Positions 1-8,619 of a stretch of 64,000 nucleotides of DNA are shown piece after piece. Within the stretch, counting starts at the first letter, position 1, and each line of letters opens with the position of its first letter. Location of the stretch: assembly GCA_027023425.1 (NCBI GenBank), contig JALVVL010000026.1:24725-88724 (forward strand), written 5' to 3'. The notes under the pieces are model-generated. The model was given only the letters and a program-made list of their open reading frames with translations. It was not told the DNA's origin and did not search any database. The position numbers and the translations under genes are program-made. This DNA comes from Anaerolineales bacterium (GTDB lineage Bacteria; Chloroflexota; Anaerolineae; Anaerolineales; DRMV01).

Positions 1-1
1 T

Positions 2-1063
2 CAGATTCTCGAAAACTTCGACGCCTCGGTGCCTCCCAAGCAACAAAAAGACAATTTTGATATCTTGCTCACCACAGATAAGTTGTCCGAGGGCGTCAAT
101 TTGAACCGGGCCGGCGCGGTGATCAACTACGACATTCCTTGGAACCCAACCCGTGTGATTCAACGTGTGGGGCGCATCAACCGCATCAGCCGCAAAGTGT
201 TTGAAACCCTTTACATCTACAACTTTTTCCCCACCGAACAGGGGGCGGATTATGTCAAGAGCCGCCAGATTGCGGCTCAAAAGATGTTCCTCATCCACAA
301 CACCTTGGGTGAAGATGCGAAGATTTTCGCCGTGGACGAAGAACCTTCCCCGTCCGAACTGTATCGGCGGCTCAATCGCTCCCCTGAAGAGGATGAGGAG
401 CCCAGTTTGCTCACCTCAATTCGCCAACGCTGGGAAGCCGTGTGCGCCCTGCATCCGGACATTGGAGAACGCGTCCGTCATTTCCCCACTCGCATCAAGA
501 CCGCCAAGGCGCACTCTCAACATCAAGTTTTGGTGTTCCGCCGCAAGAACCTCAGTTTCTTCGTCCATGGAATCCTGGACATGAGCGCCGAGAAGGCGGA
601 GCCACAGCCCTTGTCCTTGGAGGAAGCCTTGCCTTTAGTAGAGTGCAGGCCGGACACGAAACGTTTGCCCTTGAGCCCCTCCTTTTGGCCTGCTTACGAA
701 GCCATCAAGAAGTACCGGGAAATTATTCCCACCCCAAAGGCGGAAAACACGCTGGAAGTGCAGGCCATGAACAACCTGCGGAGCGCGCTAAGACATCCTC
801 AGGCTCAATTTAGTCCTGGCGAACGGGAATTTATGCGTCTCCTTTTAGAAGACTTGAGGACATATAAGACTTTCCCGAAATATACCTTGCGGCGTTTAGT
901 AGAAGTAGACTTGTCTCCTTCAGCAAAAAAGGAAGATGTTGAAGCCTTTCGGCAAGAGATCAATTACCTCCGACGTTATCTTGGCGATACGTTTTTAAAC
1001 ACTATCCGTGAGAGAATTCAAGAAATCAAGAGGGAAATTATTGTGGCGGTAGAAAATCAATAA
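2..1063 (+). CDS. SNF2/DEAD-like helicase, C-terminal fragment (5' end outside window)
   Basis: Reading frame is open from the window edge. Helicase C-terminal motifs V/VI (LSEGVNLNRAGAVINYDIPWNPTRVIQRVGRINR) are followed by an uncharacterised tail of ~250 aa. Confidence 0.75.
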   Translation, partial: QILENFDASVPPKQQKDNFDILLTTDKLSEGVNLNRAGAVINYDIPWNPTRVIQRVGRINRISRKVFETLYIYNFFPTEQGADYVKSRQIAAQKMFLIHNTLGEDAKIFAVDEEPSPSELYRRLNRSPEEDEEPSLLTSIRQRWEAVCALHPDIGERVRHFPTRIKTAKAHSQHQVLVFRRKNLSFFVHGILDMSAEKAEPQPLSLEEALPLVECRPDTKRLPLSPSFWPAYEAIKKYREIIPTPKAENTLEVQAMNNLRSALRHPQAQFSPGEREFMRLLLEDLRTYKTFPKYTLRRLVEVDLSPSAKKEDVEAFRQEINYLRRYLGDTFLNTIRERIQEIKREIIVAVENQ

Positions 1064-1073
1064 AATCACCCAT

Positions 1074-3137
1074 CTACGGCGCCACTACGGCGTATTGCTT
1101 ACTCCCCTCAATTGTATGTTGTCCATCGCTGACGGCTACTCTGATTTCGTGTGCCCCGGGGGCTGCAGGCGAGACGGGGCATTCAATTCGGTACTGGTTT
1201 TCAAGCTGTTCCCCGATTTGTTGGTACACAGAAAGCAGTTCGTCCGGCGTTGGGGCGTAGAGGTAACGCCCGTTGGTCGCCTCTGCCAGACGCCGCAGGG
1301 GCTTATCTGTGAACTGGGCGCTGTGCAGGCCGATGGCAAAAACCGGAATGCTTTGTGCTTGGAGGAGAGCAATGCCGTCTTCCAGTTTGTGATGGCGGCT
1401 GGCTGTGTCCATGCCGTCGGTCAAAATTAGGAAGGCGCGGCGCCCCACCTGGGTGTGCAGTTTGGCGGCCGCCTCGTAGATCGTGTCGTTGAGGGCCGTA
1501 TCCCCGCGGGAGCGCATTTTCCCGATCTGCTGGATTAGAGATTGGTGGTCAGTGGTAAAGTCGCTGAGCCATATGATGCGGTCGTCAAACTGAAGCAGAG
1601 CCAACCGGTCCTTAGGGTTGGAGCGTTGGACGTACTGAATAGCCGCCTGCCGAGCCTTCGCTAACGGCTCACCCTTCATGCTTCCGCTGATGTCAATGGC
1701 AATGACTGCCGAAATCGGGTCATAAGCCTCTTTGACTGGAAGAATTGTGCATCCGGATAGGCGTACTCCATCGCGATACACGGCAAACTGCTCGCCGGGT
1801 AAATTGGGCACGGGATTCCCATCTTTATCCAGCACCGAGACGTAGGCAATTGCATGAGCCGAATTTGAGGAAGAATTGGAAGGGTTTGAATTTGGAGAAG
1901 GGGTGGTCATCTTTGCCAAATCTTCCAGTGAGGCTTTGGTGGCTTCTGGTGCCGCAGTCCCATTTGGAAGTAAAGTTGCTAATCCGGCTGCTGTGTGGGT
2001 GCCCTCGGGAGTGGCAAACACAGCCGTTGCGTTGGGGTTTTGCTGTTGGTGTTTCTCTTCCCATACCTGATTGACTATTAGGGTGTCATCTTCTACCGGC
2101 ATAGGAGGTTTAGTAGGCAATGGTGATGGTGTAGCAACCGGTTTCGGTATCTGCACCTCCACAACGTGAGGCGTTGGCGTGGGTGTTGGTGTGGGTGTGG
2201 GTACTGGAAACAGCGAGGCTAACATGCCGGTTGCCACGCCGCCGGCAATGGCCAATACCAAAAATGCAATGGTCACAAGAATGGTTGCTACTGGCAGCCA
2301 TGGGGGTAACCCTTCCTTTACTTTTTTGCGGCGGGTTTTGCGCTCGCGCCGCCTCAAAATTTGCCAAAGGCGGAGCATGTCGGCGGCCATTGCGCGGCCG
2401 TCGGGGTAGCGCCGTTCCTGATCAGGGTGCATGGCTTTGGCCACCACCGCTTCGGTTTCCTCTGAAATTGCCGGGTTGAGCACGCGTAATGGGATCCGTT
2501 TGGCAGGGTCTTCGGCAGGGTGCTTGCCAGTCAAAAGCATGTACATCGCCGCGCCCAGCGCATAGACGTCGGCCGAGGGTTTTGCCTCATCGTCTTTATA
2601 AGCAAAAAAGACCATCGGCGAGTCATAGTCCCAGTTAGCGTTGTTACTTCCTTCCCGAAGCGGAGGCGGCAGGATGCGGCCGTTACGGTTGAAAACATAA
2701 GCGCGCAAGTCCAAAGGCTGGCTTGTTAGCAAAATCAGGGGTGGCTCTTCTGAATGCCATACGCCGAAATCGCGGCACACGATCCCCCAAGCCGCGGCTA
2801 CCCAAAGTTCATCCAGTCGTCCAACTGTGCGCAAGACGTTGGCCAGCCGCACCCCTCTAACCGGGAAGACTTGGTAATACCAACCATCTTGGCTGAACAC
2901 CTCTTCGGGTTGCCCAAGCAGGCGCGCTATTTTCTTGCTCCGAGATTCCCACACCAAGCGGCGATTCTTTTCTTTACCCCGATTAGCCAGATATAACCCT
3001 CCCCGCTCTGTAAAACCGATAATGGCTAAAATTTTGAGATCGTCTGTCAATTGAGTTCCGGGTGAAAGCGGCAACAGATCTTCAGCGCTTCTGTGGCTTT
3101 TGGCTTTGCTTTTTGTTTTACCGCGTTGTGACCCCAT
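1074..3137 (-). CDS. Membrane protein: degenerate Ser/Thr-kinase-like domain, TM helix, PT-rich linker, vWA domain
   Basis: 738-aa ORF trimmed to ATG 3137, which has AAGGAG 8 nt upstream. Kinase C-lobe is retained (DVYALGAAMYMLLTGKHP, ERRYPDG). VAIK Lys, HRDxxxxN and DFG are not recognisable. One hydrophobic helix (LPVATILVTIAFLVLAIAGGVATGML). C-terminal vWA with MIDAS-like DISGSM and LILTDG. Confidence 0.7.
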   Translation of the reverse strand: MGSQRGKTKSKAKSHRSAEDLLPLSPGTQLTDDLKILAIIGFTERGGLYLANRGKEKNRRLVWESRSKKIARLLGQPEEVFSQDGWYYQVFPVRGVRLANVLRTVGRLDELWVAAAWGIVCRDFGVWHSEEPPLILLTSQPLDLRAYVFNRNGRILPPPLREGSNNANWDYDSPMVFFAYKDDEAKPSADVYALGAAMYMLLTGKHPAEDPAKRIPLRVLNPAISEETEAVVAKAMHPDQERRYPDGRAMAADMLRLWQILRRRERKTRRKKVKEGLPPWLPVATILVTIAFLVLAIAGGVATGMLASLFPVPTPTPTPTPTPHVVEVQIPKPVATPSPLPTKPPMPVEDDTLIVNQVWEEKHQQQNPNATAVFATPEGTHTAAGLATLLPNGTAAPEATKASLEDLAKMTTPSPNSNPSNSSSNSAHAIAYVSVLDKDGNPVPNLPGEQFAVYRDGVRLSGCTILPVKEAYDPISAVIAIDISGSMKGEPLAKARQAAIQYVQRSNPKDRLALLQFDDRIIWLSDFTTDHQSLIQQIGKMRSRGDTALNDTIYEAAAKLHTQVGRRAFLILTDGMDTASRHHKLEDGIALLQAQSIPVFAIGLHSAQFTDKPLRRLAEATNGRYLYAPTPDELLSVYQQIGEQLENQYRIECPVSPAAPGAHEIRVAVSDGQHTIEGSKQYAVVAP

Positions 3138-3203
3138 CCCATTTCTCCTTGAGCATATTCTTCCCCGAAAGTATTTTGCTTGAAGGTAATTTTGCCTAAG
3201 AAA

Positions 3204-3232
3204 ATTGTACCAAAGGCAATTTTCTTGGGCAA
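3204..3232 (-). promoter_or_regulatory. Candidate sigma70-type promoter for the kinase-like/vWA gene
   Basis: Minus strand reads TTGCCC-17 nt-TACAAT, about 65 nt upstream of ATG 3137. Confidence 0.4.
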
Positions 3233-3262
3233 GTTGCCATTGAGCCAACTTCGCACTATCCC

Positions 3263-3291
3263 TTGACCCTTGGCGGGCTTGAGGATACAAT
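3263..3291 (+). promoter_or_regulatory. Candidate sigma70-type promoter upstream of zur
   Basis: TTGACC (3263-3268), 17-nt spacer, TACAAT (3286-3291). Confidence 0.45.
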
Positions 3292-3302
3292 TTCTCCGTA
3301 AC

Positions 3303-3317
3303 TGAAAATCATTTTCA
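3303..3317. promoter_or_regulatory. Fur-family (Zur-type) operator palindrome
   Basis: Perfect 7-1-7 palindrome TGAAAATcATTTTCA just downstream of the -10 box. It lies upstream of a Fur-family gene followed by znuACB. Confidence 0.6.
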
Positions 3318-3457
3318 TTTAGCCCGCAGAAGTACGACCTTTCCTGCGGGTGGCTTTTCCTTTGGCTTGTTGCTTGTGGGCTAAGCAGTGACGCAAAGCC
3401 CGACGCGTGGCGAGTGGTAGGAGCGGGCTTCAAACCAGCCTTGTGGGTGAATTTCTT

Positions 3458-3910
3458 ATGCAAAATCCGCCCTCGGACTATGATGCAAAACGGGTTGCCC
3501 ATTGGCGGGAGGTGCTTCGCGCCAACGGCTATCGCATCACGCCGACGCGCGAAGCCGTCTTGCGGGCACTTTCGGCGGGTAATTATGCCCTTGAGGCTAC
3601 GGAAATTTTTGAGCGCGCCCGCCGCTTTGCCCCGCATTTGGGCTTGGTGACGGTGTACCGCACGCTGGACGCCATGCTTTCGCTGGGCTTGGTGGAGCGT
3701 GTTCACTGCACCGGGCAGTGCTCACTTTACGTCGCCGCGGAAGAGGGACACCACCACATCTTGGTTTGCCGCAAATGCCGCCGTGTGTGGCATTTCAGCG
3801 GCGATGATTTGACTAATTTGATGAACGACGTGGCTAATGAAAGCGGATTTGTGATTGAGGACCATTGGCTTCAGTTGGTTGGGTTGTGTCCTGAGTGTAG
3901 GGATTCGTAA
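3458..3910 (+). CDS. zur: Fur-family metalloregulator, probably Zur
   Basis: Winged-helix N-terminus. HHHILVCRKC ... CPEC metal-site cysteines. Directly upstream of the zinc ABC transporter genes. ATG 3458 chosen (GGTGA 7 nt upstream). Confidence 0.8.
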   Translation: MQNPPSDYDAKRVAHWREVLRANGYRITPTREAVLRALSAGNYALEATEIFERARRFAPHLGLVTVYRTLDAMLSLGLVERVHCTGQCSLYVAAEEGHHHILVCRKCRRVWHFSGDDLTNLMNDVANESGFVIEDHWLQLVGLCPECRDS

Positions 3911-4050
3911 GTCGTAAGGTCGTGGGTCGTAGGGTCGTGGGTCGTGGGTCGTGAGGTCGTAAGGTCGTAGGGTCGTGAGGTCGTAAGGTCGTGGGTGTGG
4001 GTCGTCACCGTAGCACCGGAGCACTGGAACACTGGAACACTGGAACACTC
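3911..4050. repeat. Tandem ~8-nt arrays: (GGTCGTRR)n then (CACTGGAA)x3-4
   Basis: Read directly: gtcgtaaggtcgtgggtcgtagggtcgtgg... followed by cactggaacactggaacactggaacactc. Fills the zur-znuA spacer. Confidence 0.9.
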
Positions 4051-4063
4051 TTTGGAGGCTTTT

Positions 4064-4972
4064 ATGCGCCGAACAAGGTTTGGCACGGTTTTGGTCGTTT
4101 TGCTGGTGGTTGTGTTGGTTGTGAGCGCCTGTGGTCGTTCTTCCTCGCCGAGCACGGGGCGGGTGGGGAAGGGCAAATTGTTGGTCGCGGCTTCAATTCC
4201 CCCCATTGCCGATTTTGTGCGTGAGGTAGGCGGCGACCGCGTTGACGTGCTCCTCATGGTGCCGCCCGGGGCGAGCCCGCACACTTACGAGCCCACTCCG
4301 TCGCAGATGCGCCAACTCGCGCAGGCGCGCTTGCTTTTCATCAACGGCGTTGGGCTTGAATTTTGGGCGGAAAAAGCCGCCGATGCCGCTGGCCCGTCGC
4401 TTCAAGTGGTTGTGCTTTCCAAGGGCATGGAAATTTTGGGCAAAACAGCCCACGGCGGCGGCAACCCACACATTTGGCTAAGCCCGGTCCGCGCTCAGGA
4501 ATATGTGAAGCGCATTCGCGACGCCCTCATTGCCGCCGACCCCGATGGGGCGGATGAATACCGCGCCAACGCCGATGCCTACCTCAAGCAACTGCAGGGG
4601 CTGGATGCCGAAATTCGCACCGCCGTCAAAACTTTCAAGAGCCGTGAAATGGTCACTTTCCACGCCTCATGGGCTTACTTCATCCACGATTACGGCTTGC
4701 ATCAAGCGGCGGTTTTGGAGACTACGCCGGGTAAAGAGCCTTCTGCGGCGGAAATTGCGCGCATTGTGGAAATCATCCGCAAAACTCACGCGCCCGCGGT
4801 GTTTGCCGAGCCACAGTTTTCGCCGCGCGCCGCCCAAGTGATCGCCGATGAAGCCGGTGTGCCTGTGCTCACGTTAGACCCGCTCGGCGGCCTTCCCCCA
4901 CGCGAAACCTACATCAAACTCATGCGTTGGAACCTTGCCCAACTCAAGCGCGGTTTGGGAGGAGAAAAGTGA
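4064..4972 (+). CDS. znuA: Zinc ABC transporter substrate-binding lipoprotein
   Basis: ATG 4064 with GGAGG upstream. Lipoprotein signal with lipobox LVVSAC. ZnuA/TroA-like body (FHASWAYF, FAEPQFSP). Confidence 0.85.
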   Translation: MRRTRFGTVLVVLLVVVLVVSACGRSSSPSTGRVGKGKLLVAASIPPIADFVREVGGDRVDVLLMVPPGASPHTYEPTPSQMRQLAQARLLFINGVGLEFWAEKAADAAGPSLQVVVLSKGMEILGKTAHGGGNPHIWLSPVRAQEYVKRIRDALIAADPDGADEYRANADAYLKQLQGLDAEIRTAVKTFKSREMVTFHASWAYFIHDYGLHQAAVLETTPGKEPSAAEIARIVEIIRKTHAPAVFAEPQFSPRAAQVIADEAGVPVLTLDPLGGLPPRETYIKLMRWNLAQLKRGLGGEK

Positions 4973-5757
4973 GCCAGCCCATCGTTGAACTCCGCAATGT
5001 GACAGTGCGCTACGGCGATTTGCCGCCGGCGCTGGAAAACGTCAACCTCAGCATCCCTGAAGGCGCTTTTTTGGCAGTGTTTGGGCCAAACGGAGCGGGC
5101 AAAACAACGTTGGTGCGCGCCATTTTGGGTTTGATTGAGCCGACCGAGGGCGAAATCCGCGTTTTTGGCAGGCGGCCGCGCGAACTCGGCGCTCTGCGCC
5201 GCGAAATCGGCTATGTTCCGCAAATCCTCGCAGTGGATTTGCACTTTCCGGTGCGCGTGCGCGATGTGGTGATGATGGGGCGCTACGCCCGCATTGGCTT
5301 GTTCCGGCGGCCGGGCAAGCGCGATCGCGAAATTGTGCAAGCCGTCATGGAAAAAGTGGATGTAGCCGACCTTGCCGACCGCCATATTGCCGACCTTTCG
5401 GGCGGTCAGCGGCAGCGCGTTTTCCTCGCACGCGCGCTTGCTACTGAGCCGCGCCTGCTCGTGTTGGATGAGCCGACCACCGGCGTGGATACCAAGGCCT
5501 CGCGCTCGCTTTACGAACTTTTGCAGGATTTGCACCGCGAGGGCATTACGGTCATCATGGTTTCGCACGATATTGGCGTGGTTTCCGAATATGTTGACGG
5601 CGTGGTGTGCGTGAACCGCCGCGTTTTGGCGCACGGCCGCCCCGAGGTGGTGCTCACCGATTCCACCTTGGCGGATATGTACGGCTGTCAGGCGGTACTT
5701 TTCCATCACGGCAAAGTGCCGCACATGGTTGTCAAGCCTGAGGAGTGGGAAAAATGA
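4969..5757 (+). CDS. znuC: Zinc ABC transporter ATP-binding protein
   Basis: GTG 4969 overlaps the znuA stop (GTGA). Walker A GPNGAGKTT, signature LSGGQRQR, Walker B LLVLDEP. Confidence 0.85.
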   Translation: MSQPIVELRNVTVRYGDLPPALENVNLSIPEGAFLAVFGPNGAGKTTLVRAILGLIEPTEGEIRVFGRRPRELGALRREIGYVPQILAVDLHFPVRVRDVVMMGRYARIGLFRRPGKRDREIVQAVMEKVDVADLADRHIADLSGGQRQRVFLARALATEPRLLVLDEPTTGVDTKASRSLYELLQDLHREGITVIMVSHDIGVVSEYVDGVVCVNRRVLAHGRPEVVLTDSTLADMYGCQAVLFHHGKVPHMVVKPEEWEK

Positions 5758-6563
5758 CCTTTTGGCATTACGCTTTCATGCAACGGGCGCTTATCGGCGG
5801 GGTAATGGTGGGTTTGCTGACGGCGATTTTGGGCGTGTATGTGGTGCTGCGCGGCATGTCGTTTATGGGCGCGGGTATTGCTCATGCCTCATTTGGCGGC
5901 GTGGCTTTGGGCTTTTGGCTGGGGATTGACCCACTTTGGGCGGCGGTTGCCTTTTGTCTTGCCGTAGCGTGGGGAATTGGTGCGGTGACCCGACGCGGCG
6001 GCATCAAGGAAGATACCGCGATCGGCATTTTCTTTGCCTCAACGATGGCATTTGGCGTGCTGGTGATAGGATTGCTACACGGCTATCAGGTTGATTTGTT
6101 CTCATACCTGTTCGGCAGTATTTTGGCGATAACCCGTGGCGATTTGTGGATGGTGCTCGGTGTGGGTGTGCTCACCTTGCTGACCGTTGCCCTGCTTTAC
6201 AAAGAATTTCTGTTCATCACCTTTGACCCCGAAACTGCCCGCGTCAACGGCATTCCCGAAGCCGCGCTTGATTACCTGATGCTCACGCTGATTGCCCTCA
6301 CGGTGGTTGTTTCCATCAAAGTTGTGGGGATTGTGCTGGTTTCGGCCTTGCTGGTTACGCCCGCTGCGGCGGCTTATCAACTCAGCCGCGATTTTGGCAA
6401 GATGATGGCGCTTTCGGCGGTATTTGGCGTGCTGAGCGTGGTGGTGGGGCTTGTGCTTTCGTACTACATCAACACCGCCTCGGGCGCGACAATTGTGCTC
6501 ACCGCGACCACAATTTTCGCCCTCGCACTGCTGTGGAAGCGCTTGCGGGCGCGCATGGTATAA
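5754..6563 (+). CDS. znuB: Zinc ABC transporter permease
   Basis: ATG 5754 overlaps the znuC stop (ATGA); GTG 5745 is an alternative start. Polytopic ABC-3 type permease. Confidence 0.85.
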   Translation: MTFWHYAFMQRALIGGVMVGLLTAILGVYVVLRGMSFMGAGIAHASFGGVALGFWLGIDPLWAAVAFCLAVAWGIGAVTRRGGIKEDTAIGIFFASTMAFGVLVIGLLHGYQVDLFSYLFGSILAITRGDLWMVLGVGVLTLLTVALLYKEFLFITFDPETARVNGIPEAALDYLMLTLIALTVVVSIKVVGIVLVSALLVTPAAAAYQLSRDFGKMMALSAVFGVLSVVVGLVLSYYINTASGATIVLTATTIFALALLWKRLRARMV

Positions 6564-6575
6564 TTTGCCGCGCAC

Positions 6576-6660
6576 GGGCATGTGGTGGAATTGGCAGACA
6601 CACCAGACTTAGGATCTGGTGTCCGCTGAGGACGTGTGGGTTCGAGTCCCACCATGCCCA
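6576..6660 (+). tRNA. tRNA-Leu (anticodon TAG)
   Basis: Acceptor stem GGGCATG/CATGCCC. Anticodon loop CTTAGGA. Long variable arm. T-arm GTGGGTTCGAGTCCCAC. Discriminator A. No encoded CCA. Confidence 0.9.
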
Positions 6661-6664
6661 TCTT

Positions 6665-6686
6665 CCCGCCGCAAAGGCGGGCTTTT
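6665..6686 (+). terminator. Rho-independent terminator after tRNA-Leu
   Basis: CCCGCC-gcaaa-GGCGGG followed by CTTTT. Confidence 0.55.
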
Positions 6687-6694
6687 CGCGTTGT

Positions 6695-7020
6695 CGGTGG
6701 ATGAAAACCACAGATTACACAGATTAGCGCAGATTTTTCTGCGAAATCTGCGAAATCTGCGGTTTCAACCATCCAATCGGTGAAAATCTGTGTCAATCGG
6801 TGGATGATAACGCAGAGGCGCAGAGGAACGCAGAGACGCAGAGAAACGCAAGGGACGCAAAGAAAAAATTCTGTGTCCTCTGTAATTTTCTGTGTTCTCT
6901 GTGGTTTTTCCTTCAATCGGTGTAAATCGGTGTAAATCTGTGTCAATCGGTGGATAAAAGCCACAGATTGCACAGATTGGCACAGATGTTTTCTGCGAAA
7001 TCTGCGTAATCTGTGGTTCC
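6695..7020. repeat. Composite island of ~8-nt tandem arrays (CACAGATT / GCAGATTTC / CGCAGAGR / CCACCGATTGACACAGATT modules)
   Basis: Read directly. Arms form long imperfect hairpins, for example 6708-6733 against 6738-6762. Same module set as 48721-49156, 54677-54876 and 61580-62105. Confidence 0.9.
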
Positions 7021-7072
7021 CTTTGATGATATAATTCACCCGCTTAGTCATCCTTTTGAGTGAGGTAGAGCC

Positions 7073-8611
7073 TTGAAAGTCAATGTTGAACCCCTTGAAG
7101 ACCAGCAAGTAAAACTGATCATTGAAGTTGAGCCTGAAGAGTTTGAGCGCGCTAAGCGGCGAGTTGCCCGTCGGCTTGCTAAGCGCATCAAAATCCCCGG
7201 CTTTCGCCCCGGCAAAGCCCCTTACGAAGTGGTTGAGCGGCGTGTGGGCGAGCGAGTCATAGTTGAAGAAGCGATAGATGATTTGCTTGATGACCTTTAC
7301 CCAAAGGCAATCAAGGAAACCGAGATCAAGCCTTACAGCGCCGGCGTGCTTAAGAACGTTGACTTGGATGGTGAGAAGCCGCGCTTTGAAATCCTTGTGC
7401 CGCTTGAGCCTGAAGTGAAGTTGCCGGAAGATTACCGCTCTTTCCGCCTTCCTTACGAAGAGCCCGAACTCACCGATGAAGAGGTTGAGGAGGCGTTCGA
7501 GTCCTTCCTCAGGATGTTTGGGAGTTTAGAGCCCGTTGACCGCCCTGCCCAGGTGGGCGATGCGGTTTATGTGGATGTGGAAGCCTACGAAGAAGGAAAC
7601 GAGGAAGGCGAGCCGCTGTTTGCTGACCAAAACCATCCGCTTTTGGTAGATGAAGAGCCTCACGATGGCGAGTGGCCTTTCCCCGGCTTTCCGGAAAATT
7701 TTGTGGGAGCGAAGCCGGGCGATGAAAAGACCGTGATTTACACCTACCCCGAGGATTGGGATGATGAAGACCTGCGCGGCAAAACCGTGGTTTTCAAGGC
7801 GGTGGTGAAAGAAGTAAAGGCCTACACGGTGCCCGAGTTGACGGACGAACTTGTGGCGAAAATCGGCTATGACAGCGCCGACAAGTTCCGTGAAGATGTG
7901 ATTGAAGACCTAAAGGCGGATAAGAGAGCCAAATACGATGATGAGTATTTTGCCAAGGTTGTGGATGCTTTGCTTGAACAAACCGAGGTGAAGTTCCCGC
8001 CGCAAATGCTGGAAGACGTGATAAAGGACATTATGGCTTCTTTGGAAGCGGATTTAGAGTCTTATGGCATAAGCAAAGAGGAGTATTTGGAACAGCGCGG
8101 CATCACGGAGGATGAATTGGAAGAAGAAATCGCTGAAGAGGCAAAGAAAACTTTGCTGCGCGAACTCCTTATTTCTGAAATTGCCCGGCGCGAGGGGTTG
8201 ACTCCTACCAAAGAGGAAATCACCGCGAAAGCCGTCCTGCTTCTTCAGCGGATAACCGCCGGTATGAGCAAAAAAGAGCAACGCAAGATGTTGAAGGACA
8301 AGCGCCTTATGGCAGGTGTGTACGAACAGGCGCTTAGCGACGCTCAGTTTGAAAAGGTGCGCTCTTTCCTCATCTCGCTTGCTAAAGGTGAATTAGGAAA
8401 AACTGCGGAGGAAGCCGAAGAAACGGAAGCGCAAACCGAGACCGCTGAGGGCACGGAGGGGCAGGCTGAGGCTGCCGAAACTGAAACTGCCGAGGCCGAA
8501 CAAGCCGAGCAGGAACAGGCTGAAGCCACCGCCGAGGAAGAGCCGCAAGCCGCAGAAGATTCCCCTTCCCCCGAAGCGGCAGCCGAGCCCGAAGCCGAGG
8601 CTGAAAAATAG
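7073..8611 (+). CDS. tig: Trigger factor with E/A-rich acidic C-terminal tail
   Basis: TTG start with GAGGT upstream. Ribosome-binding N-domain (GFRPGKAP), FKBP-like middle and C-domain. Roughly 70 aa of low-complexity [10 protein letters not shown]... at the C-terminus. Confidence 0.9.
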   Translation: MKVNVEPLEDQQVKLIIEVEPEEFERAKRRVARRLAKRIKIPGFRPGKAPYEVVERRVGERVIVEEAIDDLLDDLYPKAIKETEIKPYSAGVLKNVDLDGEKPRFEILVPLEPEVKLPEDYRSFRLPYEEPELTDEEVEEAFESFLRMFGSLEPVDRPAQVGDAVYVDVEAYEEGNEEGEPLFADQNHPLLVDEEPHDGEWPFPGFPENFVGAKPGDEKTVIYTYPEDWDDEDLRGKTVVFKAVVKEVKAYTVPELTDELVAKIGYDSADKFREDVIEDLKADKRAKYDDEYFAKVVDALLEQTEVKFPPQMLEDVIKDIMASLEADLESYGISKEEYLEQRGITEDELEEEIAEEAKKTLLRELLISEIARREGLTPTKEEITAKAVLLLQRITAGMSKKEQRKMLKDKRLMAGVYEQALSDAQFEKVRSFLISLAKGELGKTAEEAEETEAQTETAEGTEGQAEAAETETAEAEQAEQEQAEATAEEEPQAAEDSPSPEAAAEPEAEAEK

Positions 8612-8619
8612 GAGGCAGT

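Noticed and set aside
3138-3290. N-terminal 51-codon extension of the kinase-like/vWA ORF
   Set aside because: The internal ATG 3137 has a good AAGGAG site. The extension overlaps the predicted divergent promoters and has an odd composition.
6464-7108. ORFs inside repeat islands (also 48644-49325, 54436-54843, 61598-62134, 15906-16100, 51811-51996, 54794-55033, 19453-19659, 38149-38666)
   Set aside because: The translations are repeat-derived low-complexity peptides. Several frames are open simultaneously on both strands. The same DNA occurs in both orientations at other loci. There is no start or ribosome-binding-site context.
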